A stretch of 63,663 nt of DNA, the filler included, from Octopus bimaculoides (taxonomy: Eukaryota), in NCBI RefSeq assembly GCF_001194135.2. It is 10 parts of 9 records of this genome, joined end to end, with 100 filler letters (N's around TTAATTAATTAA, not from the genome) between each part and the next. Parts side by side here need not be neighbours in the genome. Positions count along the whole stretch, not along the records: positions 37,466 to 44,312 come from NC_068982.1; positions 44,413 to 50,798 come from NC_069001.1; positions 50,899 to 52,118 come from NW_026321705.1; positions 52,219 to 53,372 come from NW_026358832.1; 6 more parts are not named here. One strand, 5' to 3'. Position 1 is the first letter of the stretch; every line of letters starts with the position of its first letter. A program made the translations under genes and the position numbers. Under the pieces are notes generated by a model. That model had not been told where the DNA came from and did not search any database. It worked only from the letters and a program-made list of their open reading frames with translations. Positions 37,900 through 52,269 of the stretch are shown piece after piece.

Positions 37900-39120
37900 T
37901 TAACAATTCCACCTCTGAGGAGGCGAATAATAGTAGATTCCAAGCATATTATAAGGTGTATGCCATAAATTCCTTAGCAGCCCCAATTGTTCTTTATATC
38001 TTCAATGTGCTTAACTGGAATACCAGTGAAATAATTAAAATTGATAGAAAAATCCGCAAGCTACTGACTTGTAATAAGATGCACCATCCAAAGGCAGACG
38101 TGGATCGTCTTTACCTTCCCAGAGCTCAGGGAGGTCGCGGCTTGATCCAGCTTGAACTTATGTACAAAGTCACCACAATTGGACTGGCCAAATACCTTGA
38201 AACAACCAACGAATGGATGCTGAAACGTGTTGAAAAACATGAAAGACCTAAAAAAACTTCACTCTATTCTAAAAGAAAGCAAAAACTTCGCTACTGATCT
38301 CGTAGATACCCACCGTCTTGATCAGGCTGAAGGAAATGCGCCAACTGCTGCTGCGAAGAAAATATGTAGCCCGTAGCAAACACGCTGATGTCGACCAGAA
38401 ACACAGGTATCAGTGGTTGCGAAGCTCAGGGATAAAAGCAGAGTGAAGGTTTCATATTAGCTGCTCAAGACCAAAGCTTATTAACGCGGAACTACCAAGC
38501 CAATGTGATAGAAAATGGAGCTGACCCAAAATGCCAATTCTGTAACGATGCGATTGAAACTATAGACCACCTAATCCCAGGGTGTAGAGTCTTATCACCT
38601 GTAGAATATAAAGCAAGACATGACAGATTCGGCCGGTATTTATACTGGACAATATGTCGGCATTATAAAATCAAAAGTGCTGAGAAATGGTATAAACATC
38701 ATCCTGAAGCTGTGACTGAGGGAGAAAATGCATCGATTCTATGGGACTTCCCCGTACATAACGACAAATCTTCAAAAGCTAATAAACCAGATATTATTAT
38801 AAAAGATCAGACAAAGAAGAAGCGTTTATTAATTCACATGAGTATTCCTTGCGGTCATAATATAGCGGCGAAAGAATTTGACAAGATCAGTAAATATAAA
38901 GACTTGCTAATAGAAATTGAAAAAAATGTGGCACCTCAAGGCGACTACCGTAGTAGTGACTACCTCAGGCGACTACCGTACATATTTTACCTGTGAATTT
39001 GCGTGTGTAAACTAGGAAAGCATATAATGAGCTTCTCTGCCCTAGGTGTACGGAAAACCCTCGGCAAAAAATGGAAGAAAATTTGAAGAAACAAGAAGAA
39101 AAATCAATAATAATAATATT
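37900..39120 (+). pseudogene. 5'-truncated R4/Dong-like retrotransposon (RT end, CCHC, RLE)
   Basis: AINSLAAPIV...HHPKADVDRLYLPRAQGGRGLIQLE; CQFCNDAIETIDHLIPGC; RHDRFG; WDFPV...NKPDIII...EFDKISKYKDL. Frameshifts are present, and AATAATAAT lies at the 3' end. Confidence 0.9.
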
Positions 39121-39139
39121 AAAAGAATAAGAAGAACAC

Positions 39140-39176
<37 letters not shown>

Positions 39177-40149
39177 TACATAGAATTAGATTAAGATCAT
39201 CCCAATAGCAGATGTAAAGTATTAGGAATTGACTTTAATGTGTATTTAGTTCAATCCTCACAAAGTCTATCCCACCATCTCGAAAAGAAATTTACCAAAA
39301 CATGTATGATAGAGCTCTGATAATTTCCCCTCTGCAGCGCAACTCCTAAAGGAAAATTAGTTTCCAATTTCCGTCTAAAAGATTTTGTGAAATCGTGGCA
39401 TTTAGTATTAAAAAAAAGCAAAAAGGTAAAAATACCTAGATTAAGCCATTAAATCTTTTGTTTTAAACAATGCAGAATGCTTCAAATTTGGTGTACCACA
39501 TATATTAGATTTTTATCAATCCTGCAATTAACTGCTATTTTGCTATCAACGGAGCAAGCTAAATAACTATTTAGCCTGCAGTGATATGAATGTTGAAAGG
39601 CATCTGCGAATACCGCTACTTATTTTGTACAGCCCACTAATTACAAATGAATTCCATGATAAATGTTGTTTATACAATGGCACTTCATCTACTTCGAATT
39701 AGGAGTTCGGAAATATATCAATAAATGTCCAGTCATTTTAGGTGCCATCTTTACTATAGATAATATAATGCATATTCTTCATATCTTATCGAATATTTCC
39801 TTTTTTGCACATCGACTCTACAGATTTATATTCATCATCTCTCAGTTGTGTGTGTGTACAAGGTCAGTGAATCAGAAAATGTCGATGATAGAACAATGAA
39901 GGACAATACACTTCGACTTAACAACCATTTGATTGGTCATTTCTATTATCGATTATCTGATAAATGTCTTGTCCGGCTTCTAAATCAATACTGCATTGAA
40001 TTAAGAAGACTTTGAACGGAAATACTTGAAAAAGAATACTTAAGAAACGCAAGGTTGATACTTTAACATAGTCAATAGTAGGGAGGAGAAACAGACATGC
40101 AAGCACACAAAACTTGATCTGAAATATATCTAGCGTAGCTATAATATTG

Positions 40150-40350
40150 ACTCCAAAGTTTGGCACAAGGCCATCAGTTTGAGAGAAGGAACTGAGTTGA
40201 TTACTTCGTCCCTAGTGCTCTACTGCTACTTATTTTATCGGCCCAGAACGGATGAAAGGCAAAGACGACCTCGGCTGAATCTGAATTGAGAATGCAAGAA
40301 CGGACTAAATATCATGAAGGATTTTGCACGTTTCTGCCAGCTCCCTGCCA
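40150..40350 (-). mobile_element. SINE family B, decayed
   Basis: GGATGAAAGGCAAAGACGACCTCGGC core and TTCTGCCAGCTCCCTGCC head. Confidence 0.65.
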
Positions 40351-41389
40351 TGTAGTGTAGCTATAATATTGACGTCAAGCAATGTGAAATATGTATCCCA
40401 AAATGAAGTGGAAATACATTAGGCATAATGGGGTATATCAAAATAATGATATCATATTCAACTCTTCGGTGTCATAAGATGGTAACATCTGCCTATGAGA
40501 AAGAGATTGTAAGTTGTTAATATTTACAAAGAAATTAGAAGTGGCGCTTAAATCTACTATTGAAGGTAGGACAAAAGTGTAGCCTGTAAATTAATTATGG
40601 AAAAGGTATATTGAGAAAATAGAAGGCAAGACACTGTTGCACAATGCTGCAAATTTGAAACCAAGTTCATTATTGAAGGATTCGAATCTAATAAAAGATT
40701 TGGGATATATCAAGTGCCAATCGACTTCGTGGCACGTCATAAGCAACCATCTAACGAAAGTTTGAGCTATTGTTTGTCACTCAACGAAATTCAATGTAAT
40801 TCCACGATTCCGTTACTAGACGTCGATGCTTTACTAGCAGACACTTCACGTTAGCGCAGGTGTTGTCGCCAATGTTCAAAGTGCTTTGCGGATATCGGCT
40901 AGAGTTCAAAAATATAATTGTCTGAATTGTGTCCACCTTCAAATTCCGAGTATCTTTATTATGCTAACAAAAATTTCATACTGGGTATTTGTGAATGAAA
41001 GATAAATCTTTTTTGGTTGACGTCTATAAACCATTTCATGTTTGTATGGTTCCGAGGATCATTTTGGAGCGATGTTCTTTTTTTTAATGTACAGAAGCTA
41101 TGTTCGTGATAGGAATATGCTCAAAACGCTCTATGTTCAAACACATGGTTTTTCTAGTTATGGTATTTGTTAACAAATAATTCATGTATACTTGATACTA
41201 AATGATCTCATGCCGAAAGGGTAGCATATTTACACAAAGCATGACTTCACTAAAATACAAAGAACAACCAACAATAAACAATTAATATGTAATAAATGAA
41301 AATATGCGTGTTAAAAATACGTCCAGAAAAGAAAAAGAAAATGTACTACTTGTTAGCTTTTATTTGTTTTCCTCATTGGACAGCGGTAA

Positions 41390-42180
41390 TGTTTGGGCAG
41401 CGATTTGAACGATTTCAATAGAAACAATCGACTTACTATTTTTTTAAAGCCAGACATTTATTCTGTCGGACACAAGATCCAATCAAACAACATCACAAAC
41501 TATATCACCGCACAAAACAGACACTACAAAAATAGGAAATCAATTAAATGTGAAAATGATATCAGAGTAACGAATTCTAAACCTGGGGAGTTTGATTATT
41601 ATAATAATATAAAGTTTGCAATTGCTACAGAATTAGACTGATAATATAACTTCCCATCGAGTAATAAAGACACGCCAAAATATAGAAATAAGAAAATAGA
41701 ATACTTAAAAAGAAATATTAAAAGTGATGTTTAATACATCTATTATAGAGTTAATATATGTAAACACCAGTAAACCATCATGAAACAAATCATACATGGA
41801 GCAGCTGCATTGCACAGAAAGAAAAATTAAAACACCCTCAACATTTTGTAAATAGGATCATCTAAACCTAAGCAGGCCATATTGATATCAACTTGTAACT
41901 GAAACTGGAAACTACTAAAAAGCGAAAAAGACGAAAAAAGAAGAATACTCTTCTTAAGAAAAGTCAAGAAGTGAACCAAAACTAAGCCGTATAACCAGAA
42001 GAGACAATTTTAAAGAAATGCGTACAAGTAATCAAATATAATTGATAATCGGAATCCTTTCCAGTTACAAGACTGTATTCACAGAAAGTAGCAGCAAAAG
42101 AAACACTGCCCTAAAAACAACCGTGTTTTCAGAAAACCTAAATTTAGATGCAACAGAAAACCATGAAGCACCAGCAGTAC
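41390..42180 (+). pseudogene. Decayed Penelope-like element (RT thumb to GIY-YIG region)
   Basis: Remote similarity by eye: TIFLKPD...SNN, KRNI...FN, NRNPFQLQDC (vs CNCR....CPL...C) and FRKPKFRCN. Confidence 0.4.
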
Positions 42181-42283
42181 AATAATCAGAATGATGACAC
42201 ACTCACACACAGTCATACACACACACGCGTGCGTATGCATGTGTGTTTATAAACGCACATGTGTATATATATATATATATATA

Positions 42284-42430
42284 GGCGCAGGAGTGGCTGT
42301 GTGGTAAGTAGCTTGCTTACCAGCCACATGGTTCCGGGTTCAGTCCCACTGCGTGACACCTTGGGCAAGTGTCTTCTACTATAGCCTCGGGCCGACCAAA
42401 TCCTTGTGAGTGGATTTGGTAGACGGAAAG
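42284..42430 (+). mobile_element. Family A SINE head, young copy, running into a gap
   Basis: GGCGCAGGAGTGGCTGTGTGGTAAGTAGCTTGCTTACC...GGATTTGGTAGACGGAAA. Confidence 0.9.
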
Positions 42431-44279
42431 NNNNNNNNNNNNNNNNNNNNNNNNNNNNNNNNNNNNNNNNNNNNNNNNNNNNNNNNNNNNNNNNNNNNNN
42501 NNNNNNNNNNNNNNNNNNNNNNNNNNNNNNNNNNNNNNNNNNNNNNNNNNNNNNNNNNNNNNNNNNNNNNNNNNNNNNNNNNNNNNNNNNNNNNNNNNNN
42601 NNNNNNNNNNNNNNNNNNNNNNNNNNNNNNNNNNNNNNNNNNNNNNNNNNNNNNNNNNTAAAAAACAGTCTGAGTATTAAAATGCATATATACATTCTTT
42701 GATGATAAAATATATTTAAAGTATAAAGCTTTGTATGAACTTTGTAGTGTTACATACTGATTGTCATATTAAGGTGAAATTGTTAAAAACAGTGTTAAAA
42801 ACAGTGTATGAAAATACACATATGGAAAAATACATATACATATACATATTCTCATACATATTCTTTGACAATCGAATAAAATTGAGAAGGAACTGACCTG
42901 GCCTTTTTCTCTTGTGTATATTGAAGGAATGTATATATATTATATATATATATACAGAGTGAGATAGATAGATAGAGAGATACATACATACATACATACA
43001 CACATATAAAGGGGCAAGAGTTCTAAACAACAACACTTTGAACCCTTGTATATGAATCTTAGAAATAACAGCCCAATAAGTGTTAGTTAAATACATGCCT
43101 ATCTATCAACTAGCTGGATAACACCTAAATGTGACCGTCAAAACTTAGTTTGAAGAATTATGTGTAAATATATTGATCTATGTATTGGTAGAACTACAAA
43201 CATCACCTCAAGAAAAGATCAAAGAAAATCTAATCTTAGATTATCTATCAAGTCTCAATACTTACCAACCTATAATCTGTTATGCCGGCATACACCAAAC
43301 CGTAAAAGCGATATTATTGGAAATATTTCTGCACAAAAAGCATATTTCTAGTATTATAAAACTGATGTTTCAAAGGCATATACAAATATACAAACTAGTT
43401 ATTTATACATAAGTATGGTAGAAAGAGGGGCGATATGCTGATATTGGAATGAATGCGTCACGTGAAGCCTTCTCGCAATATACTATACTGGAAGCATAAG
43501 CAATGAATAATACACCGTTCGTATTGATCAGAAACACGAAACAGTCCGTGATTAAATTGCATTGTGATGTACATAAACAACTCACACCCTGGACTGCGAT
43601 AACGTAACTAATCCTTAATCATTTTCCTTATCTTGTATACACGTGTCATGTTTGACAATAGATGACCTTTTACATATTGGCATTCCGTCGTATGTTGGGG
43701 ATGACAGTTGCATGCTCAAATTCATACGATCAAGTGTTTCAGTAAAGAAATTAATTTGGCGATCGGTCGAAGGAAATACAACAAAGACATGGTAAAGAAG
43801 GCAAAAGTAATAAAAGTGGTATACGCTATTATCAAATACGACATTGCTGTAACTTAACTAGAAGGTGTACAATATGGACAAGGAAAACCGTTGCAGAATA
43901 ATATCACAGGCGCGATCGATGCATTTCTTAAAACTGCACGAATGTTAGAAAATATATCTGAATGATAAAAAGCTCATAAATACGGTACAGGGACTCCTGA
44001 AATTCTTTAATTTTGATATATTATTTGACGCAAGAATACAATTACTCAATAAAATCAGAAAATATCCATATATATAAACAGAGCTATGTATATGTGTGTA
44101 TAAATGCATACATGCGCGTAAAATCTCTCTTTCTGTATACCTATAATACATGTATATGGAGAGAGAAAAAAGATAATACATATATGAATATAAATGTGTA
44201 TTTATATACTAATATAGGTATTACACACATATTTGTACACACACCCTTTCTCATATGCACACACTATAACACGTATATT

Positions 44280-44312
<33 letters not shown>

Positions 44313-44412
44313 NNNNNNNNNNNNNNNNNNNNNNNNNNNNNNNNNNNNNNNNNNNNTTAATTAATTAANNNNNNNNNNNNNNNNNNNNNNNNNNNNNNNN
44401 NNNNNNNNNNNN

Positions 44413-44450
<38 letters not shown>

Positions 44451-45028
44451 GGCATTTGCAATCTTCTATGCTTTCTCTCAGTCTATATATTTATCAACAT
44501 CATATTGTTTCTACTTATCATTTCGAAACCTCATAGATCCTGCATGTCTACCCTTTCATTTATATACACACTCACTCTGTGTGCAAGAGGTCAACATCTG
44601 GGTATTTATGTACGTCTACACGAGCAACTTCAAGAGCACTTAAAGCACACGCGAGCACACACACACATACATGCACACGTACACATACACCCACATGTAT
44701 ATGTTATTTGTGCATACAAACTGTGCATCGAGTAGCTGCACTATAGATAACGTTATACATACCGTTTCATATCGCTTTCTTATCAACACGTTCTTCTACC
44801 TTAGCTTAAACAGAACACTGCAATTGTCACAATATACTGTACCACATGCTGTCTAAAGTCTATGAGTATATGCATACATGCTTAAAGATAAGTATATGCA
44901 TATATATACAAATATATATATATATATANNNNNNNNNNNNNNNNNNNNNNNNNNNNNNNNNNNNNNNNNNNNNNNNNNNNNNNNNNNNNNNNNNNNNNNN
45001 NNNNNNNNNNNNNNNNNNNNNNNNNNNN

Positions 45029-45061
<33 letters not shown>

Positions 45062-45163
45062 ATTGTCGGTAGTATATATATATCAGTAAAGTTGATAAAT
45101 TGTGATAAGTTTTTAACAGTAACATTTATGTATGTCTGCGCACGTGCGTATGTTCATATATAT

Positions 45164-45215
<52 letters not shown>

Positions 45216-45352
45216 ATGCGTGCGTATGTGTGTGTGTGTATGTATATATAGATACCTATATGCATACATATATATGTCAATTTGTGAGTTGTGAAGTATA
45301 TTATATAAAAATATATTTTAGAGAAACTGGGAGTAGACTGTGAACTTTTGAT

Positions 45353-45394
<42 letters not shown>

Positions 45395-45401
45395 ATATGT
45401 T

Positions 45402-45434
<33 letters not shown>

Positions 45435-45616
45435 GTGTGTGTGTGTATGTGTAAATTCACACACACACACTGAAATGCGAAATTGCATGTACATGGCTGT
45501 CCATATAACGTCGATATGTTTGGAAGTGTATATAATCAGTGATATTCAAGTGACTCAAGAGGTGAAATTTCGGTCACGGTCTATATCTTTTCATATACGA
45601 ATACACCACACATGCA

Positions 45617-45699
<83 letters not shown>

Positions 45700-45949
45700 G
45701 CACGCACATATACACAGACATACGTGTGCCTCTGTGTGTGTGTTTATGTGTCTATATGTAAAGATAAAGACTCAAGTAGAATTAAGGATAACTCACAATC
45801 TCACAATAATATATGTCTACTCAATCTGTATAAGAGTTCCCTAATACAAATATGGCGGTTGCTAGTGTTCCTTTCCTTCAAAGTATTTCATTATCTCTCC
45901 ATTTACTCATGTATATATCTACGAATATATATGTATAGATACATACATA

Positions 45950-45995
<46 letters not shown>

Positions 45996-46373
45996 AACAT
46001 ATACATGCACATACATACGTATATGTAATGTTACAGGAAAAGACAGGGTTTGTAAACTATGAAACGTGCGTAAGATACCATCTTACATGAATTTCATTGA
46101 CAAAACGTTGATCATTATTTACGTAATGTGCATTACATTATCAGAATGCATTGTCAAGCCTTCAGAGATTTGTAAGCGTACATAATGATGTATAATTATT
46201 TCTTTATTTAAGCGTACATAATGTTGTGTAATGAAACATAAACAATTTCTCACAGTTTGTTCGGTTTGTTTATTTTGTACAAGTTATGAAAATCCATGAA
46301 TGGGCATACACATTTTTCAATAGTTCTAGGTACTCTTTATCCTGCATTTTTAGGTTTCAAATTGCAATACACA

Positions 46374-46412
<39 letters not shown>

Positions 46413-46766
46413 ATATATGTACAAACTTTTCGACTGAAATACAGACTAATTATCGTGTAGTTGTTTCCACAAGGGTCTCTATATTTGAGAAAAAAAAAAA
46501 CTTACCACAAAATACTTTTCTGTATTTAACGTCAAACATTGTCAATCAGTGCCTGTCTGTCTGTCCGTTTCCCCTGTCTATCTGCTTACGTATTTATGTT
46601 TGCCTATCATCTCTCTCTCTCTCCCTTTTTCTCTCCCCCTCACGCGCTCTCTCTCTCTCTATATATATAAGTATATATGTAAGTATATATATATGTATGT
46701 ATATATGTGTATATGTATATCTATCTATCTGCATACATACATATATATGATTTGCATCCATATATG

Positions 46767-46825
<59 letters not shown>

Positions 46826-47442
46826 GAATACATACATACACACATATACATATACATATATGCACGTGCGTGCATGATTGTGTATGAACAGTTATCTCGG
46901 AAGAGTTAGAGACAGAAAGAGACAGACAGAGAGTGGAGAGAGAGAAAGAGTCAGATAGACAGTGAGAGAAAAAAAAAGACAGACAGATCTAAGCAAAGAA
47001 TTTCGAAACGGTAAACACAATAGCATGGCTTGTGCCTTCTTTCACTAGCTTATTGTTAGTTTGTATTGTCTTTCTCTCCCCCTCTCTCCCTTGGGTTTGT
47101 TTTTCTTTCTTTAGTTTCTCTTATTTTCCTATTTTTTCCTCTCTTCCTTCTTGTTGTAAGCCGGAATTTAAAAGATCAAAGACGAAGGTGAGATGATAAA
47201 CATTCCTTCCTACCTGAATCATCAGATTGTTGTTTACACCTTAATTACACAGGCCGCCAATATTAATGGTGTTTCGTCAAAAAAACTGTTTTGTTAATGC
47301 ATTAGTATGTTAATCACATAACCTGAGAAATACGTACCTATTTTGGCAGCCACTTACCTAATCACTTGTGTAAATACCAATTCGGAGTTACTGTACTGTG
47401 TTAATAATTTAACATCTACCTACTTATCTCTCTGTCTCACCC

Positions 47443-47484
<42 letters not shown>

Positions 47485-47540
47485 ATATATACATAAATGC
47501 ATACATACGTAATTACATACATACATTGTATATATATATG

Positions 47541-47572
<32 letters not shown>

Positions 47573-48354
47573 TGTATGCATGTATGTATATATATGTATG
47601 TATGCATATGGATCTTTCTAGGTTAACTATCTTCCTGCCTTGGTAGCTGGCTATTTAACCATCCATCCGTTTGTGCATCCCTCGATTACAATCTCTGTGT
47701 GAATGTGTGTATGTGTGTATGCGTGTATGTGTATGCGTGCATGTATCTATCTTTCTCTCTAACATATATATATGTGTGTGTGTGTGTGNNNNNNNNNNNN
47801 NNNNNNNNNNNNNNNNNNNNNNNNNNNNNNNNNNNNNNNNNNNNNNNNNNNNNNNNNNNNNNNNNNNNNNNNNNNNNNNNNNNNNNNNNNNNNNNNNNNN
47901 NNNNNNNNNNNNNNNNNNNNNNNNNNNNNNNNNNNNNNNNNNNNNNNNNNNNNNNNNNNNNNNNNNNNNNNNNNNNNNNNNNNNNNNNNNNNNNNNNNNN
48001 NNNNNNNNNNNNNNNNNNNNNNNNNNNNNNNNNNNNNNNNNNNNNNNNNNNNNNNNNNNNNNNNNNNNNNNNNNNNNNNNNNNNNNNNNNNNNNNNNNNN
48101 NNNNNNNNNNNNNNNNNNNNNNNNNNNNNNNNNNNNNNNNNNNNNNNNNNNNNNNNNNNNNNNNNNNNNNNNNNNNNNNNNNNNNNNNNNNNNNNNNNNN
48201 NNNNNNNNNNNNNNNNNNNNNNNNNNNNNNNNNNNNNNNNNNNNNNNNNNNNNNNNNNNNNNNNNNNNNNNNNNNNNNNNNNNNNNNNNNNNNNNNNNNN
48301 NNNNNNNNNNNNNNNNNNNNNNNNNNNNNNNACATATATATATATATACATATA

Positions 48355-48519
48355 TACGACAGGCTTCTTTCAGTTTCCGTCTACCAAATCCACTCACGAG
48401 GCTTTGGTCGGCCCGAGGCTATAGTAGAAGACACTTGCCCAAGATGCCACGCAGTGGGACTGAACCCGGGACTATGTGGTTGGTAAGCAAGCTACTTACC
48501 ACACAGCCACTCCTACGCC
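48355..48519 (-). mobile_element. Family A SINE head, young copy
   Basis: Near-identical reverse complement of 42284-42430. Confidence 0.9.
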
Positions 48520-48540
48520 TATATATATATATATATTCGT

Positions 48541-48971
48541 CCATCGTGCTAACGATTCTGCCAGTTCGCCGCCTTAATAATAATAATAATCCTTTCTACT
48601 AAAGGCACAAGGCCTGAAATTTTGAGAGAGAGGGTACTAGTAGATTAAAAGGACCCTTATGTTTCACTGGTACTTATCTTGTCGACCTTCGAAAACGATA
48701 AAAGACAAAGTAGACCACGCTAAGCATTTTGCCCGCTGTGCAAACGATTCTGCCGGCTAGCGGCCTTAACCATCAAGTTTATTGCTTTGAAATTGCGGCA
48801 CAAGGCCACCGATTCCGAACGCAAGTGCTCAACTGGTTCTTATTCTATCGACCCAGAAAGGATAAAAAGGGTTAGTCGACTTCGGCGGAGTTTGAACTCA
48901 GAACGTAAAGACGACAGAAATGCCGCTAAGTATTTTAACCGGTAAGCTAACGATTGTGCCAGCTCACCGCC
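48541..48971 (-). mobile_element. Chain of three family B SINEs (48541-48573 fragment, 48591-48765, ~48785-48971)
   Basis: Three AACGATT(C/G)TGCC head motifs and two cores, all on the minus strand. Confidence 0.8.
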
Positions 48972-50040
48972 TCAAGCCTCGAATGTATGAGAATTACACC
49001 ACCTGAACTGTCGCAGCCTCGATTTCAGTCATAAGTAAAGATGGCGGTGCTAAAGAAAAGCAATTATGTAAAGCTGTGAATCTGGCAAGAACACCATCAG
49101 TGGCTAAATGTGTATATGTTTTCCTTTACATGTTATGTACACTAATTAATACTGAGTGCTTTAATTTTTGTTCGTGTCATCAAGACTATATGTATGAATG
49201 TAAATATGTACGCGAGCGTGTGTGTGTGTTTGTGTGTGTGTGTGTTTGCGTGTATGTTTATCTACGTTTTAGATATGTGCTACTATCGTATTACGGCTTG
49301 CCCCACCCATCTGAGGTTATTAAATGAAATAATAATAACAGTAATAATAATAATAACAACAACAACAATAATAATAATAGATACAACAGCAACAATAATA
49401 ATAGTAACAACGACAGCAACAACAAGAATAATAATAATAACAATAGTAACTATTATTATTATTATTATTATTGTTGTTGTTTTTATTCAAAATAGTTCCG
49501 GAAGCAGTGGAAAGTTGAGTATCATCAGATGACCTTTGGGGTTAGCTTACAATAAACTTTATGAAACGTTCCCTGATGATGTGAGCGTTAAGAGTGACTC
49601 GAATTCCCTAAAGAAGACATTTTCGAAAAGTGTACGGCGGATGAATGGTGTTTAGTACTGCTGCTGCTGTTGCTGCTGCCATTTTTATAGTTGTTGCTGT
49701 GGCTGTTGCTGCTCCTTTTGTGTGTTGTCAGCAAATAAACATGCACACACATACACGCACACGCACGCATGCGCGCATGTATATTTATACAGATCTGAAA
49801 AGGCTAGTATCAAACGTAGAGTGTAAAATATACTCTTATTCGAGAAACGTTTACGCGTTACACATCGAAGGAGTATGGGTGGCTCTTCCGAAGCTCTCTG
49901 GAGATATTTAAAAAAAATTATATTAGTAAGGTCTCCTATATATATTCTGACATCGCAGACTCAGTGAGTGGTCTTTTCACAGCGCGGAGTTGTAGATTTT
50001 GAGTGAGAGTGAGAACGATTAAGAGCGCGATAGCAGGAGG

Positions 50041-50044
<4 letters not shown>

Positions 50045-50130
<86 letters not shown>
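50045..50130. repeat. (GA)n microsatellite
   Basis: Direct reading. Confidence 0.95.
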
Positions 50131-50131
<1 letters not shown>

Positions 50132-50263
50132 GGGGGGGCGGAATAATTGACTTCAGTACTTGACTGGTAATTTATTCCTCGACCCATGAGAGATGAAAGG
50201 TAAAGTTGATTCCAGCGGGATTCGAAATCACAGCACTACATTTGCGTGTATGTACATACACAC

Positions 50264-50296
<33 letters not shown>

Positions 50297-50659
50297 CATA
50301 CATATATACATACACATAGACAAACACACACGCATATGTATATACATATTAGTATATGTTCAGACGTTGTGAAAAAACGTATGATGTTTCCTTGTCTGAC
50401 GATCGCTGCAACGTGAAACTCGAATCGCAAAAACAAAATTCGATTTTAGTGTATGTGTATGTGCGCGCGCGTGCGTGTGTGTTCTTCTCTTTCTGCTTTT
50501 TAATTTAGAGTAAATGTTGACAGGCCACCTACTTGGTAGCTGGGTTACGAAGGAAAGCCTCTCGTTTTAACCATCATCCTTTAAATCTTAAGAAGATCTT
50601 GGAGATTTTTGTAGTCGCAGACATCGTGATCATTTGTAACATGTGAATTAAGGATTTGC

Positions 50660-50798
50660 ATTCTCTCCACAACGGCCATGCTGGGGCACTGCCTCGAAGA
50701 ATTTGTAGTCGAATGAATGAATCGACCTTAGAACTTACGCTATTCAAGCCTGGTACTTACTCTATCGGCCTCTTTTGCCGAAACGCTAATTTACGGGG
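50660..50798 (-). mobile_element. Family A SINE 3' tail, cut by a gap
   Basis: GGCCATGCTGGGGCAC...CCTGGTACTTACTCTATCGG...TTTTGCCGAAACGCTAATTTACGGGG. Confidence 0.75.
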
Positions 50799-50878
50799 NN
50801 NNNNNNNNNNNNNNNNNNNNNNNNNNNNNNNNNNNNNNNNNNTTAATTAATTAANNNNNNNNNNNNNNNNNNNNNNNN

Positions 50879-51250
50879 NNNNNNNNNNNNNNNNNNNNCG
50901 GTTCCAAGCAGTGCTGTTTTCTGCAGGTGTTCCACCCTTATTGCAGCCCCTGTTTGTTCCATGTACTTCTTGAGATTTTTGCTCACTGTTCCCAGGGCTC
51001 CGACAATTATTGGTACTACTACCAACTTTTTCAGCAACCACAACTGCTTAACCTCCCAAGCTAACCTGTCATATCTCTCGACTTTTCTTTCTTCCTTATC
51101 GCATACCTTGTTGTCAGCTGGGCATGCAATATCTATGACCCAGCATAGTTTGTTTTCTTTCTCAATTAAGACTATGTCCGGCTTCCGATTCTCTAAGAGT
51201 GCGACTGTTATCCAATGAACAATATTTCAACATTTCGTGTGTCTTCCACA
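50879..51250 (-). pseudogene. R4/Dong-like RLE C-terminus
   Basis: RKPDIVLIEKENKLCWVIDIACPADNKV..., and VVVPIIVGALGTVSKNLKKYMEQTGAAIRVEHLQKTALLGT. Confidence 0.85.
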
Positions 51251-51325
51251 AGTTTCAAAATAATCATCGTAGTCTACTCCATTTTGGTAATATTTAAGGA
51301 TTGATGTTACTCCTACAGAGTATTC

Positions 51326-51500
51326 GAGCTGACAGAATCGTTAGTTACGCTGGACGAAATGCTTAGCGATATTACGCCCGTCGCTACGTTCTGAGTTCAA
51401 ATTCCGCCGAGGTCGAATTTGCTTTTCATCCTTTTGGGATCAATAAGTTAAGTACCAGTAAAACACTAGGGTCGATGTAATCGACTCGTCCCCACCCTAC
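51326..51500 (+). mobile_element. SINE family B
   Basis: GAGCTGACAGAATCGTTAG...TTCTGAGTTCAAATTCCGCCGAGGTCG...GGGTCGATGTAATCGACT. Confidence 0.85.
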
Positions 51501-51909
51501 AGTGTGTTCGGCAGCAAATATAATAATAATAATGATAAATAATAATAACAATAATAATAAAAGCAACAACAACATCATTAACATTAATAATTATGATAAC
51601 AAATTAACGAAAACAAAGTGTTATATTTTATAACTGTCACTTTATTTTTCTCAAGTTGATATATTTCGGGAAAAAAATCAAAAAAGGAAGGAAATTGGAA
51701 CAAATTCATTAATACAGTAAATTATATCATAATTAGTTATATATTTAATTGGACGGTAATTAAGGTCCGAAAATGGGGGGAAAAAGGGGTTTTTATTGTA
51801 TTTTTTTTTTTTTACTTGTTTTCAAGAAAAGATGTGTTGCATACACGTATGGAACATGTGTATATACTTCATATATATACACACAAACGCGTGGATATAT
51901 ACATGCAAA

Positions 51910-51940
<31 letters not shown>

Positions 51941-52084
51941 TGCACACATGGATATACATATATATAAATATAGGTATGTATATACGTATACGTATATATA
52001 TATATATGTATATAGATCACATACAAAAATTTACACACCATACGCAATGACTACAATTACTCATGTGGAATATGTATATATATA

Positions 52085-52118
<34 letters not shown>

Positions 52119-52269
52119 NNNNNNNNNNNNNNNNNNNNNNNNNNNNNNNNNNNNNNNNNNNNTTAATTAATTAANNNNNNNNNNNNNNNNNNNNNNNNNN
52201 NNNNNNNNNNNNNNNNNNTCAATTCTATTAAAAAATATAGCTAATCTTCAGGTCAAAATACAACAATAG

